Assembly: GCA_965223845.1 (NCBI GenBank) | Contig: CBDCXR010000004.1 | Span: 1,728,001-1,792,000, forward strand | Reading direction: 5' to 3' | DNA length: 64,000 nucleotides | From: Planctomycetota bacterium | GTDB taxonomy: Bacteria; Planctomycetota; UBA8108; SXIK01 | Part shown: positions 27,983 to 38,490 of the stretch, piece after piece | Position numbering within the stretch: position 1 is the first letter of the stretch | Layout: every line of letters begins with the position of its first letter | The notes under the pieces: model-generated | Database searches by the model: none | Told to the model about the DNA's origin: nothing | The model's input: only the letters and a program-made list of their open reading frames with translations | Translations under genes and position numbers: made by a program

Positions 27983-30442
27983 CTACCGACAGCCGGGATT
28001 CGCCGCGCAGTTGAGCTCTTCGAGGACGTCGAAGCAGCCCGCGCCCTGGGACGGCGCGCTTCCGTCGCCAAAGAGGAACATGGCGAGGTGGACGGCGTCG
28101 CCGGTGTTGACCTCGCCGTCGCCACTGACGTCGAGGATCGCTGCGTTGCCGTCCGACCCGATCTCACCGGCGCACGGGAGCGCTCCGTTTTGCGAGCCGA
28201 GGAGCAGGAATCCGGGAAAGAGGTTCTTGACGTAACAGACCACGTCTTCGATCCCGCGACTCCCGTCTCCGCTGCAGTCTCCCGCTACCGCGGGGACGGC
28301 CGGTGGGGGTTCGTTCCCGAAGCCGAACGTCGCGGCGTTCCGAATCTCGGTGGGGGAGAGAGCGTCTTGGAGAATCAGGACGTCGTCGATGATCCCGACG
28401 AGGTTCTCGTTGACGATGCCTCCGAGGTCCTCACCGATGCGGAGAGGAAACTCTCCCAAATCGATCGCGCCGCCGCCACCCGTCGTCGTCTCGACGGGTT
28501 CTCCGTCGAGGTAGATCGTGAGGTCACCCATATTGTACGTCGCCGCGAGATGGTGATCCTCGTTCACGCTGAATCCACTCGAATGCGTGAGGGCGGTCCC
28601 ATCCGGAAGAATGACGCGGATCCCGATGCTCTCGACCGACGCATTCGGATCGAAATCGAAGATCAGGCGCCCGGCCGGGCTCCCGGTGCCGGCGAACGTA
28701 CTGAAGAGCCGCGTCAGGCCGCCGCCGGCGAATCCACCGCCGGGGACGTTGACGACGGCGGCGAGCGTAAAGGAGTCGCCGAGGTTCCCGATGGGGCCGA
28801 CGTCGATCACGCTGAACGGGACGTCGGGGGCGACGTCGTCGAGAATCGCGGAGCCTACGCCGCGCGCGGCGTTGGCCGAGTTCGGGTCGAGGGCGACGTT
28901 GTTGAGGAACACCGCGTCTTGGGCCCCGTCGTTCACGAGTCGATCGCCCATGTCGCCTTCGAAGTCGTAGTAGATCGAAAGCGCCTGATTGTCGGGAATC
29001 GCTGAGCTCACTCCATCTTCGGCGATCTCAGCGATCGTCGCCGCGTCGAGCGCGCGGCCGAGGACGAGGAGCTCATCGACATTGCCTCGGAACTGCTCGT
29101 TCGCGGAGCCGCCCAGGTCGTGCGGGTCTTCGCCGAACTCGAGATCGCGGGCCATCGAGATCGCTCCGGCCCCGACGTTTCCCATCGCGACTTCACTCCC
29201 GTCGAAGTAGATCGCGACGTCGCCGCCGTCAAACGTGACCGCGACGTGGTGATATCCGGGGTCGGTGATTCCGGCCGGTGGAGAGGCCGTCTGGACGACG
29301 GTGTTGTTCAGAATCGCGCGGATCCCCGGGATCACTCCGCCACTCGGATCGAAATCGATCAGCATCCGCTCGGTCCCGACGGGCCCGCTTCCGCCGTAGT
29401 TCGAAAAGAGGCGGGTGAAGCTGTCGTTCTCGAAGCTCACCTCGGCTGCGAGGGTGAACGAGCGCCCGAGATCGGCGGATCCCGGAATCAGAATCGAGCT
29501 GAACAGCCGCTCGGGTTCCGGGTCGCCGAGAACGGCGGACTGCGTCCCGAACGCAGCGTTCGCGGAATTAGGGTCGACCGCTACGTTGTTGTGCGCGATT
29601 CCATCGTTTGCGGGATCCCCGAACTGATTGGTGATCGTCCCGCCTGAGTCCGGCGGCTCGAAGTTGTAGAAGATCGCGGGTTCCGCGCCGCCCGGCGTAA
29701 ACGCTACGCCGTTCTCGGCGAGATTCGCGATGGCGGCCGCATTGAGGACGCGACCGAGGACGAGTACCTCGTCGACATTGCCGCGGAACTGTTCATTCGC
29801 CGAGCCACCACCGTCGTGCGGATCCTCGCCGAATTCGAGGTCGGCGCTCATCGAGACCGGACCGCTGCCGACGTTTCCGGCCGCGACCTCGCTCCCGTCG
29901 AAGTAGATCGCGACGTCGCCGTCATCGTACGTGAGCGCGATATGGTGATACCCGGGATCCGTGATCCCGGCGGGAGGAGAAGCGGTCTGGACGACGGTGT
30001 TGTTCACGATCGCCCGGATCCCGGGAATCACTCCGCCGCTCGGATCGAAATCGATCAACATCCGGTCGGTTGCGACGGGTCCCGTACCCCGAAAGCTCGA
30101 GAAGAGCCGCGTGAATCCGGTGTTGTCGTAGTCGACATGGGCCGCGACGGTGAACGCGCTCCCGAGCTCACTCGAACCCTGGAGTTGAATCGTGCTGAAG
30201 AGGCGGGACTCGGCCGGAGGATCGGGCGGCGAGAAACGCGCCGCGCTCGCGCCGAAGGGGACCTGCTCGCCTTGCACTTCGACGTTATTGAAGATCGTTC
30301 CGTTTTGGGCCCCGTCGGCGTCGAGCTTGTCGGTGACAATCATTCCAACGTCCTCTTCGAAGTCGAAGAAAACGTCCGCACGGGGCGGCGCAGAAGTGAC
30401 GCCGAGTAGCAGCACCACGATCGAGCTCAAGATCAATCGCAT
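27983..30442 (-). CDS. Secreted triple LamG-like jellyroll protein with C-terminal dockerin-like domain
   Basis: Signal peptide and three repeats of FTRLFS...DFDP...HH.A.T...IY.DG...GED...G.VD. C-terminus has paired Ca-loop motifs GDCSGDGSRGIED and DVSGDGEVNTGD. Confidence 0.8.
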   Translation of the reverse strand: MRLILSSIVVLLLGVTSAPPRADVFFDFEEDVGMIVTDKLDADGAQNGTIFNNVEVQGEQVPFGASAARFSPPDPPAESRLFSTIQLQGSSELGSAFTVAAHVDYDNTGFTRLFSSFRGTGPVATDRMLIDFDPSGGVIPGIRAIVNNTVVQTASPPAGITDPGYHHIALTYDDGDVAIYFDGSEVAAGNVGSGPVSMSADLEFGEDPHDGGGSANEQFRGNVDEVLVLGRVLNAAAIANLAENGVAFTPGGAEPAIFYNFEPPDSGGTITNQFGDPANDGIAHNNVAVDPNSANAAFGTQSAVLGDPEPERLFSSILIPGSADLGRSFTLAAEVSFENDSFTRLFSNYGGSGPVGTERMLIDFDPSGGVIPGIRAILNNTVVQTASPPAGITDPGYHHVAVTFDGGDVAIYFDGSEVAMGNVGAGAISMARDLEFGEDPHDLGGSANEQFRGNVDELLVLGRALDAATIAEIAEDGVSSAIPDNQALSIYYDFEGDMGDRLVNDGAQDAVFLNNVALDPNSANAARGVGSAILDDVAPDVPFSVIDVGPIGNLGDSFTLAAVVNVPGGGFAGGGLTRLFSTFAGTGSPAGRLIFDFDPNASVESIGIRVILPDGTALTHSSGFSVNEDHHLAATYNMGDLTIYLDGEPVETTTGGGGAIDLGEFPLRIGEDLGGIVNENLVGIIDDVLILQDALSPTEIRNAATFGFGNEPPPAVPAVAGDCSGDGSRGIEDVVCYVKNLFPGFLLLGSQNGALPCAGEIGSDGNAAILDVSGDGEVNTGDAVHLAMFLFGDGSAPSQGAGCFDVLEELNCAANPGCR

Positions 30443-30606
30443 GATTCCCTCCTAGCTTGTTCCCGCGTGAGTCATCTCTGTCGAGTGGAGACGGCGCGTG
30501 AAGGCGATGGGATCAACCGCAAATCCCGTCTTCTCCGGCTTTCTTTGCGCAGTTCGTGTGAATCTCTGACCTTCTTGTCTCTGATCTCTGAATGCCCCGC
30601 TTCAGG

Positions 30607-33078
30607 CTAGCAGCTCGTGTACGCCTCGCAACCGACGGAGGTCCCCGGCTCGGGATCGGGACCACACAGCTCCGACCCGGGAAGATTCGTCGGGGGTCCG
30701 TCGCCGAAGAGAAAATTCAGCTGGAAGATCGGGTCGGCGATGTTGACCTGCCCGTCGTCGTTCGCGTCGGCGGCCTCCGCGCAGGTCGGAGGCGGACCGT
30801 CGCCGAAGAGATTGTTGAGCAGGAAAATCGCGTCGGCGATATCGTCGGCTCCGGAGTCGTTGGGATCGCCTCGACGGAACTGACCCTCGGGAGGATCGCC
30901 GCCGCCGAACCCCTCGCTGGCGATTCGAGCGATCTCGTCTGCGCTCAGTGCCTCTTCGAGAATCAACACCTCGTCGAGAACACCGATGAAGTTCTCGTTC
31001 ACGACGCCGTCCAGGTCCTCGCCGATCCGGAGAGGAAACTCTCCGAGGTCGAAGTCGCCGCCGAAGCTCTCACGCGCAGCCACCTGCACACCGTCGAGAA
31101 AGATCTCGATCGATCCGCTCGAATAGACGGCAGCGATGTGATGGTCCTCGTCTACGGAAAACGTCCCGTCGTAGATCAAGGCCGTCCCGTCGGGAACGAG
31201 AAAGCGAATGCCGATCCCTTCGACCGACGCGTTCGGGTCAAAATCGAAGACGAGACGACCCGCAGGGTTCCCCGTGCCAGAAAAGGTGCTGAAGAGGCGA
31301 GTGAGTCCGCCGGCGCTGAACCCACCGCCGGGGACGTTGACCACCGCGGCGAACGTGACCTCGGGGCCGAGGTTGCCCACCGGACCGACCGAGATGACGC
31401 TGAAGGGGTTCTCCTCTTGGACGTCGCCTTTGGGGCCGAGCTTCGCCGACTGACTCCCGAAGAGCGGATGCGCTACGTCGGGGTCGATCCGCACGTTGTT
31501 GTGCGCGATCCCGTTTTGCGCGCCGTCTGCCTGGAAACGATCCGTGAGCGTCGTCCCGCTGTCTGGCGGTTCGAAATCGTAGAAGATGGCGAACTCACCG
31601 TCCTGGGGTGTCACGTTGCCATCGACGCCCGAATCCGCCACCGCGGCGATGTCGGCCGGGGAAAGGGCGCGACCGATCACGAGAAGATCGTCGACGTGTC
31701 CGCGAAACTGCTCGTTCGCCGTTCCACCGCCGTCGTGCGGATCTTCACCAAAGCGAAGATTCACCGGAGCGAACGCCTCGGTTTCGGGAAACTCGTCGAG
31801 GTCCATGTCGACCTCGACGCCGTTTAGGTAGACCGCGATGCTCCCAGAATCGAACGTGAGCGCGACGTGCTTGAAGCCCGGCTCGCCGAGCTCGGGAGGA
31901 ACGGAAATCGCCTGAGATGCGGTGGGACCGACGATGACGCGAAGCCCGTTGATGACGGAACCGCTCGGATCGAAGTCGAGGATGACGCGATTCGGCTCGA
32001 TCGGGCCCGTTCCCTGAAAGCTCGAGAACAGTCGCGTGAAGCCTTCATTCTCGTAGTCGACGAATGCTGCGAGGGTCCACTCGCTCCCGAGCTCGGCCGT
32101 CTCGGGAAACTCGATCGTACTGAAGAGCTGCGGCGGCGTGGGTAACTCGAGTCGAGCGGACTGCGCCCCGAAGAGCGGGTGCGCGCGGTTCGGATCGATC
32201 GCGACGCGATTGCGCACCACTCCGTTCTGCGCGCCGTCGGCGTCGAATCGATCGGTGATGGTCGTCCCGGCGTCGGGGCTCTCGAAATCGTAGTAGACGG
32301 CAAAGACGCCGTCGCCCGGCGTGAAGTTCCCCTCGACGCCGGAGTCCGCGATGGCTGCTATCTCTGCCGGTGAGAGCGCCTGTCCGACGACGATGAGATC
32401 GTCGACGTTGCCGAGGAACTGCTCGTTTGCCGCGCCGCCGCCGTCGTGGGGATCCTCACCGAAGCGGAGGTTCACCGGCGCAAACGCGCTCGTCGCTTCG
32501 AACTGATCGCGGTCCATCGCGACCGGGACACCGTTCAGATAGACAGCGATCTCTCCCAGCTCGAAGGTGACGGCGACGTGCTTGAATCCCGCCTCGCTCA
32601 GCTCGGGCGGAACGACGGTGGACGTCGCTCCGTCCGAGCCGACGAGAAGGCGAATCCCGTTGATGGCGGCACCCGAGGGGTCGAAATCGAGAATGACTCG
32701 ATTGGGTTCGACCGCACCCGTCCCCTGGTAGCTCGAAAAGAGTCGCGTGAATCCCGTGTTCTCGTAGTCGACAAAGGCGGCGAGAGTCCACTCGTCGCCC
32801 AGCTCCGTCGAATCGGGGATCTCGATCGTGCTGAACTGCTCTGGCGGCCCGACGGGAGTGGGGGGAGAGAAGCGCGACGCTCGGTCTCCGAAGGGAACAT
32901 CGTCCGACTGGATCTCGACGTTTCCGAGGAGGGTTCCGTCCTGAGCGCCGTCCTCGCTGAGCTTGTCGGTGGCGGTAGATCCGGAGTCGCCCTCGAAGTC
33001 GTAGAAGATCTCGATCGCCACGGCCGGAAGCGGCAGCAGTGACCCTACTGCGATCGCGCAAGCGTACAGCGTCCGCAT
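30607..33078 (-). CDS. Secreted triple LamG-like jellyroll protein with C-terminal dockerin-like domain (paralog of 27983..30442)
   Basis: Same three-repeat architecture. Tail reads FRRGDPNDSGADDIAD...ADANDDGQVNIAD. Confidence 0.8.
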   Translation of the reverse strand: MRTLYACAIAVGSLLPLPAVAIEIFYDFEGDSGSTATDKLSEDGAQDGTLLGNVEIQSDDVPFGDRASRFSPPTPVGPPEQFSTIEIPDSTELGDEWTLAAFVDYENTGFTRLFSSYQGTGAVEPNRVILDFDPSGAAINGIRLLVGSDGATSTVVPPELSEAGFKHVAVTFELGEIAVYLNGVPVAMDRDQFEATSAFAPVNLRFGEDPHDGGGAANEQFLGNVDDLIVVGQALSPAEIAAIADSGVEGNFTPGDGVFAVYYDFESPDAGTTITDRFDADGAQNGVVRNRVAIDPNRAHPLFGAQSARLELPTPPQLFSTIEFPETAELGSEWTLAAFVDYENEGFTRLFSSFQGTGPIEPNRVILDFDPSGSVINGLRVIVGPTASQAISVPPELGEPGFKHVALTFDSGSIAVYLNGVEVDMDLDEFPETEAFAPVNLRFGEDPHDGGGTANEQFRGHVDDLLVIGRALSPADIAAVADSGVDGNVTPQDGEFAIFYDFEPPDSGTTLTDRFQADGAQNGIAHNNVRIDPDVAHPLFGSQSAKLGPKGDVQEENPFSVISVGPVGNLGPEVTFAAVVNVPGGGFSAGGLTRLFSTFSGTGNPAGRLVFDFDPNASVEGIGIRFLVPDGTALIYDGTFSVDEDHHIAAVYSSGSIEIFLDGVQVAARESFGGDFDLGEFPLRIGEDLDGVVNENFIGVLDEVLILEEALSADEIARIASEGFGGGDPPEGQFRRGDPNDSGADDIADAIFLLNNLFGDGPPPTCAEAADANDDGQVNIADPIFQLNFLFGDGPPTNLPGSELCGPDPEPGTSVGCEAYTSC

Positions 33079-33177
33079 GTCTCACCCTCCAGTCTGCACT
33101 TCCACACGCGCCGAGAGTTCGACCGCTCGTCGACCGCGTGCCTCGATCCTACCCGAACTCCTCTGGGGCACGCACGA

Positions 33178-36100
33178 TCAAGGTGCGCAAAGGTCGGGAC
33201 AGCCGGGAATCCGCACGCACTCCACCCCGAGTGCAGGCGGCCTGCCGTCGCCGAAGAGAAAATTGAGAATGCTGATGACGTCGGAAATATCGACCGATGC
33301 ATCTCCGTTCACGTCCGCGACGAGAGCGCTCGCACCTTCGGTGATCAACGCGTCACCGCACGGCGTCGCGAGGACGGGGCCGCCACCGAACAGATCGCGA
33401 ATCAGCCGGAGGGCGTCGGCGATGTTGAGTCCTCCGTCCTGATTCGTGTCGCCGGGAATCTGCGTTCCCGCATCCTCCGGATCCGCGTCGACGACGCCCG
33501 GCGTACCTCCGATTGCAGCGCTCGGTCGCCACGCGTCTTCGTCGCCCCACGCGGACGCGGGTCCCCCTGGATCTTCGGCGATGAGCGAGAAGCCGGGTCC
33601 GTCGGTGATCGCGTACCACTCGTCGTCGTACTCGAACTCGAGAAGAGGTTCGTCGACGGGTCCGAAAAGAATGAGCGTTTCGCCGCCGTTACTGAGTCGT
33701 CCGTCGAACTCGCCGACGACCGCGCCCAACGCGTCGGGGTAGCGCTCTCCAAACGCCTCTTCGTTGTGGACGACGACGACGGCCTCGCCGGGATCGAGTA
33801 CGCGAGCCGGAAACTCGAAGCGGATTCCTCCGTCGATGCGGAGCCCCTCGAGGTTGAACTCCGCGCCCGTCATGTTCGCCACCTCGACGAACTCGAACGC
33901 GTCTTCGAGCCAGGGGGAATCGTCGGGCGGCTCGGCCGGATGGTAGAGGATCTCGGTGATGCGAACGCCGAGATCGAAGAAGTAGAGCGCGTCCCGACGA
34001 GCGCTCCAACTGTTGCCGTCGCGCGCGCGAGCGAAGACTCGCGCCGGAGCCTCCACGACGAACGCGGCGCTCCCTTCGCCTTCGACCGCGTCCGGGGACA
34101 CCTCTCCTCCCGGAAGTCGGGGGTCGGTGCCGTCGGTCGTGAAGACGACGGTCGCGTTCGGCGCGGTGATCGTGATCTCCGTTCCCGGCGCGACGGAGCC
34201 CTCGGGAAGACTCAGACTCGGCGGGGGAAGAGGAGGGTAGAGTCCGCGTCGACGAAACTGGTCGAGGACGATGTCTGGTCGCCGAGGAAAGAATGTTTCG
34301 ACGATCCACCGACGCTGGCTCTCCCACCGGCCGTCGGGAACGTCGGGCGGTTCGCGCCGGACGTCTCCCCAGCGCGCGGACTCTCCGTGAAGCGCGGCGA
34401 AGATTTCGTCCGTGCGCCGGCCGTACAGCTCGATTGCGTTTTCGGGCGCTAAGACTCCGCCGTCGACGATGTGTTGCTGAAGACGATCGGCGAATCGGAC
34501 GCGGAAGTCCGCGTGACCGCGGAAGCGGTTGTAGATCTCGCCGGGTCCGTTCGCGAGCGCGGATGCCGATACGTCCGCCCGCGAGCCGGTGAGATCGACG
34601 GTGAGAACGTTCGGGCGGATCGGGCCGGGGATGTTGACGTCGAGCCCTAGGCCGACTTCTGCGTCCCATACGACGAACCGGAACTTCTCGTCGAGTGCGC
34701 GCCTGCGGACTGCGTGCCAGTTGTGATCCGGCCAATCCCAGTTCCCGGTGAACATGTTGACGAGCATGTAGTCGATGAAGTTGTCGACATCGAGAAGCTC
34801 GGTCACGCCCGGGTAGTCGTTCGCGCGCACTCGCTGAATCAGCGTGCTCCACGCCCGCGTGTCGCCGCTGAACGCCGCGCGATCGATGATGACATCGTAG
34901 TCCTCGGAATCTCCGCCGAAATGCTCGGCCGCGAACGACTCGTCGACGCGCTCGACGAGGTTGTAGAGGCCCCAGTAGAGTCCGTTCAGATAGAGGTGAA
35001 CGAAGATTCCGGCGACGTGCTCGTGTCCCATGTCGCGGTGAACGTCGCGGGCCCACTGGTCGCGGATGAACTGGGCGTTCTGGCCGGTCGCGAGATTTGC
35101 GCTCGTCCAGTTGTCGCTCGAGCTCGCGCTGAGGACGAGGGTGTCGAAGCGGTCGACGGAGCTGTCGTCGAAGAGCGCAAAGTCGAGTTTCGGAGCGCCG
35201 TACTCGCTTCGAAAGTGGAGCCGGAGCGAATGCTGAGGGGTGATGCTCGGATCGCGGCTGCTTCCACCGTGGGCTCGCAGTCCGGCGTCGATCTGAAACT
35301 CTCCCGGTCCTGCGTCACCAAAGAGCTCGACCGAACACTCGCGCTCCCAGGCGCGCCCGCGCTGCGTCGGATTCGAGTAGACGCCTTCGGGGCCAAAGAG
35401 ATCTTCGACGGGCGCGACGACGCTCACGGTCGGGATCGCCTGGAGATCGTGTGCGAGGCGATCGGAGTACCTCGCGTCGTCGACGACGTTCGGGTCCATC
35501 GCGTAGTCGGGACGCGTGCCGTTCCAGCTCGCGGGGAATCCCGCGCCCGTCTGCTCTATGACTTCCTCGGGGAAGAGATACGTCTGCGTGTCGACGTTCG
35601 TCGGAAAAAACCCGGGCCGAGTCGCGCAGGCGCGGAGCACCGTCGTACCCGTAATCGTGATCGGTCCGGTGTAGAGACTTGCGGCCGGTCCCCGGGGATC
35701 GCTTCCGTCGAGCGAGAAGTGGATCGCCGCGCCGTTCGTGTCGCTCTCGATCTCCACCTCGAACGGTTCGGAGAAGAAACCGCGATCGACGGTGAATCGC
35801 GTGTCGCCGACGAACCCGAAGAGCCCGGGCCCGTTCGGCGCCCCCGGCGTCGGTCGGGGAAAATAGAGCCGTCGACTGGTCTCGCGAGGCTCGAGCCCGA
35901 TATCGAGGAGGAAATCGGGGCTGTCCGGACCGTCGTTCAGCGCGTGCACCCCGAGGACGTTCCGTCCCGGGACGAGCGCGTCCAGGTGGCCGCCGATGTC
36001 GATCGTCTCGACTCTCAGCGCATCGAGACGGGGGCGATCACTCTCGGCAGCCGAACTCGAGTCGAGAACTGCGGGCGCGTTTCGGCGGACGACCTCACGC

Positions 36101-37611
36101 CCGTTGAGATAGAGAGCGCAGCCGTCGTCGTAGCGAAGATGAACGAGGAGGGACTCGAGGCCGCCGGGGTCGTCGATCTCGAACGTGAACCGGGCGTAGA
36201 GTGACGAGCTCACACCGCGGAGCTCGGTCTCGACGTCAGTGCGAACGATCTCATCGAAGCCGCGGGGCTCGATCCCGGCCGCGAAATGATCTGCGATCTC
36301 AGCGGGGCCGAGCGCGCGCCGATAGATCGCTACCTCGTCCAGTCCACCGCGATACCTCTGACTCGTCCCGAACGGGCGATCGCCGATCCGAAGAAGCGAC
36401 GATGGCTCGACCCCCCGCTCCTCGAGCTCGGCCGCTGCGACGAGATCGCCGTTTACGTAGAGCGCCAATGACTCCGCGGCGAGATCTTGGATACCGACGA
36501 CGTGAAACCAGGTGTCACCATCGAAGGTGTAGGTCGCTGGAGACGTCAAGACGTTCGCGAGCCCCTGAGTGATGAAGCGAAACTGATCCGCGCTCGTGAT
36601 GCCGAGCAAGAAGTCGGTGGCGGAAGCACTCGAACCTTTGGCCGTGATCCACTGAAAGCTGCCGCCCGACAACGGCTTCACCCACGCTTCGATCGAGATC
36701 GACTCTCCGATTGCGGTCAGGTCCCCGGCGTCCGAGATGTCGAGATAGCCGCCCGCGAGCTCGGCCGCGGGATCATCGTCTCCGACGAGCGCGCCGGCGG
36801 CGCCGAGCGACACGTCGCCCTGATACTCGCCCGGGTAGCGGCCGGTTTCGTCAGCCGCGGCATCCGGTTCTGAGTCGCCGAGTCGCCAGTAGGCGCCGAG
36901 TCGATCGCTCGCGCGCACGATGGCTGCGTATACGCTCACGCCTTCGACCTCGCCGTCGGCTTCGTACCCGAGGGGTAGCGCCGCTCGAGTGCCGCTCGGA
37001 GCGTGCGACCAGCTCGAATCGTCGAATTCGATCGCCGTCCACTCGAGGTCCGCGTCACCGGGGACGGGGACCAGCCACGAGAGCCCGCCATCGATCGGCT
37101 CCGGCGCGTCTGGCCGGCCGAGGCCGTAAGAGATGTCTTCCCGCTGGGGTGGATAGCTCGGCGCAAATTCATGCGCGAGTTCCCCATTCGGACGAACGAG
37201 CGCGAGATGTTCGCCGGCGCTCCGCAGACTGAAGCTCGCGTGAAGCTCGCCGAACGCCGGACTCCGATCTTTTCCCGACGCGAAGACGACGAGGTAATCG
37301 CCCGGACTGAGAACGCGCTCCGGGAACACCCACGGTTCGCCGCGGTCGTCGACGATCGCCCAGCCGGCTAGGTCGACGTCGCCGCCGCTTCGATTGCAAA
37401 TCTCGATCCAGTCGGAGGCGTCGCCGTCCTCGTCCTCGATGCCGCTCCGGTTGGACGCGAGAAGCTCGCTGATCACGAGGTCTTCCGGGAGACCCGCGCG
37501 CGCTTCTGTTCCGACCGACACCCACGCCATCGTCGCGATCGCGAACGCGAGGAGACCGGGCGAGTGCATCGAGGAACGGATCATAGTACTCTCCGAAGCG
37601 GGAGGTCTCAC
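33178..37611 (-). CDS. Secreted lamin-tail/LamG/Fn3-like/CotH-kinase multidomain protein with dockerin-like tail
   Basis: Lamin tail (ISELLASN...DWIEI), LamG (AYWRLGD...LDEVAIY) and CotH (HLYLNGLYWGLYNLVER, WDWPDHNW, VWDAE). Second lamin tail ITEILYHP. Tail GDTNQDGGLNIAD/DVNGDASVDISD. True start may be 37584 or 37569. Confidence 0.85.
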   Translation of the reverse strand: MRPPASESTMIRSSMHSPGLLAFAIATMAWVSVGTEARAGLPEDLVISELLASNRSGIEDEDGDASDWIEICNRSGGDVDLAGWAIVDDRGEPWVFPERVLSPGDYLVVFASGKDRSPAFGELHASFSLRSAGEHLALVRPNGELAHEFAPSYPPQREDISYGLGRPDAPEPIDGGLSWLVPVPGDADLEWTAIEFDDSSWSHAPSGTRAALPLGYEADGEVEGVSVYAAIVRASDRLGAYWRLGDSEPDAAADETGRYPGEYQGDVSLGAAGALVGDDDPAAELAGGYLDISDAGDLTAIGESISIEAWVKPLSGGSFQWITAKGSSASATDFLLGITSADQFRFITQGLANVLTSPATYTFDGDTWFHVVGIQDLAAESLALYVNGDLVAAAELEERGVEPSSLLRIGDRPFGTSQRYRGGLDEVAIYRRALGPAEIADHFAAGIEPRGFDEIVRTDVETELRGVSSSLYARFTFEIDDPGGLESLLVHLRYDDGCALYLNGREVVRRNAPAVLDSSSAAESDRPRLDALRVETIDIGGHLDALVPGRNVLGVHALNDGPDSPDFLLDIGLEPRETSRRLYFPRPTPGAPNGPGLFGFVGDTRFTVDRGFFSEPFEVEIESDTNGAAIHFSLDGSDPRGPAASLYTGPITITGTTVLRACATRPGFFPTNVDTQTYLFPEEVIEQTGAGFPASWNGTRPDYAMDPNVVDDARYSDRLAHDLQAIPTVSVVAPVEDLFGPEGVYSNPTQRGRAWERECSVELFGDAGPGEFQIDAGLRAHGGSSRDPSITPQHSLRLHFRSEYGAPKLDFALFDDSSVDRFDTLVLSASSSDNWTSANLATGQNAQFIRDQWARDVHRDMGHEHVAGIFVHLYLNGLYWGLYNLVERVDESFAAEHFGGDSEDYDVIIDRAAFSGDTRAWSTLIQRVRANDYPGVTELLDVDNFIDYMLVNMFTGNWDWPDHNWHAVRRRALDEKFRFVVWDAEVGLGLDVNIPGPIRPNVLTVDLTGSRADVSASALANGPGEIYNRFRGHADFRVRFADRLQQHIVDGGVLAPENAIELYGRRTDEIFAALHGESARWGDVRREPPDVPDGRWESQRRWIVETFFPRRPDIVLDQFRRRGLYPPLPPPSLSLPEGSVAPGTEITITAPNATVVFTTDGTDPRLPGGEVSPDAVEGEGSAAFVVEAPARVFARARDGNSWSARRDALYFFDLGVRITEILYHPAEPPDDSPWLEDAFEFVEVANMTGAEFNLEGLRIDGGIRFEFPARVLDPGEAVVVVHNEEAFGERYPDALGAVVGEFDGRLSNGGETLILFGPVDEPLLEFEYDDEWYAITDGPGFSLIAEDPGGPASAWGDEDAWRPSAAIGGTPGVVDADPEDAGTQIPGDTNQDGGLNIADALRLIRDLFGGGPVLATPCGDALITEGASALVADVNGDASVDISDVISILNFLFGDGRPPALGVECVRIPGCPDLCAP

Positions 37612-37677
37612 TCCATCGTAGCACTAAGCATTTCCGGTCCGCCGTCCTTTCCCCCGCGATCCGAAGAGCGATCCCGC

Positions 37678-38469
37678 ATGAGAAAAAGCCGCATTCTGCC
37701 GAAGCTGCGTCGGGACGAGCCGGTGCTCCTCACCCAGCTTCACTTCACCGACGAGTCCGTATGGGAGCTCGCGAGTGGAATGGGGTTCGACGGGATCTGG
37801 ATGGACCTCGAGCACCACTTCTACAGTGCGGAAACCGCGGCGCGGCTGATGCGGGCGACGCGGGTGGGGGACTGCGACGTCGTGGCACGCGCGGCGCGCG
37901 GCGAATTCATGCGATTCGCGCGACTACTCGAGGCGGGCGCGACTGGCGTGATGTATCCGCGCTGTGAGAGCGCGGACGAGGCGGTCGAGATCGTCCGGAA
38001 CGCGAAGTTCGCCCCGGAAGGCGTCCGAGGATTTGACGGCGGCAATCCCGATATGCCGTACTGCTCGATGCCGATCGCCGAGTACGTGAAGGAGGCAAAC
38101 GCGGAGACTTTCGTCGTCGTTCAGATCGAGAGTCCCGCTGCGCTCGAGAATGTCGAAGCGATCGCCGCGGTCCAAGGTGTCGACGTGATCTTCTTCGGGC
38201 CGGCCGACTTCTCGGTGCTTGCGGGAATCCCGGGGCAGTTCGGCCACGAGCGGATCCGGTCGGCGGTCGACCGGGTGGCGAACGCCGCCCGTTCTGCGGG
38301 GAAGCACTGGGGAACGCCCTGTTTCTCTGTCGACCACGCGCGTGAGCTCGTGGATCGCGGCGCGCGGTTCCTGTGTCACTCGGCGGACCTGATTCTCGTC
38401 AAGGAGGGGTTCGAATCGATCCGCGACGAGTTTGCCGCAATCGGTGTCGGCTCTCCGCGCGCGGAATGA
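37678..38469 (+). CDS. HpcH/HpaI aldolase family protein
   Basis: GFDGIWMDLEH, LEAGATGVMYP, KFAPEGVRG, VQIES and FFGPADFS. Confidence 0.88.
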   Translation: MRKSRILPKLRRDEPVLLTQLHFTDESVWELASGMGFDGIWMDLEHHFYSAETAARLMRATRVGDCDVVARAARGEFMRFARLLEAGATGVMYPRCESADEAVEIVRNAKFAPEGVRGFDGGNPDMPYCSMPIAEYVKEANAETFVVVQIESPAALENVEAIAAVQGVDVIFFGPADFSVLAGIPGQFGHERIRSAVDRVANAARSAGKHWGTPCFSVDHARELVDRGARFLCHSADLILVKEGFESIRDEFAAIGVGSPRAE

Positions 38470-38490
38470 CGAGCGCCCTCGTGCGGGCTC

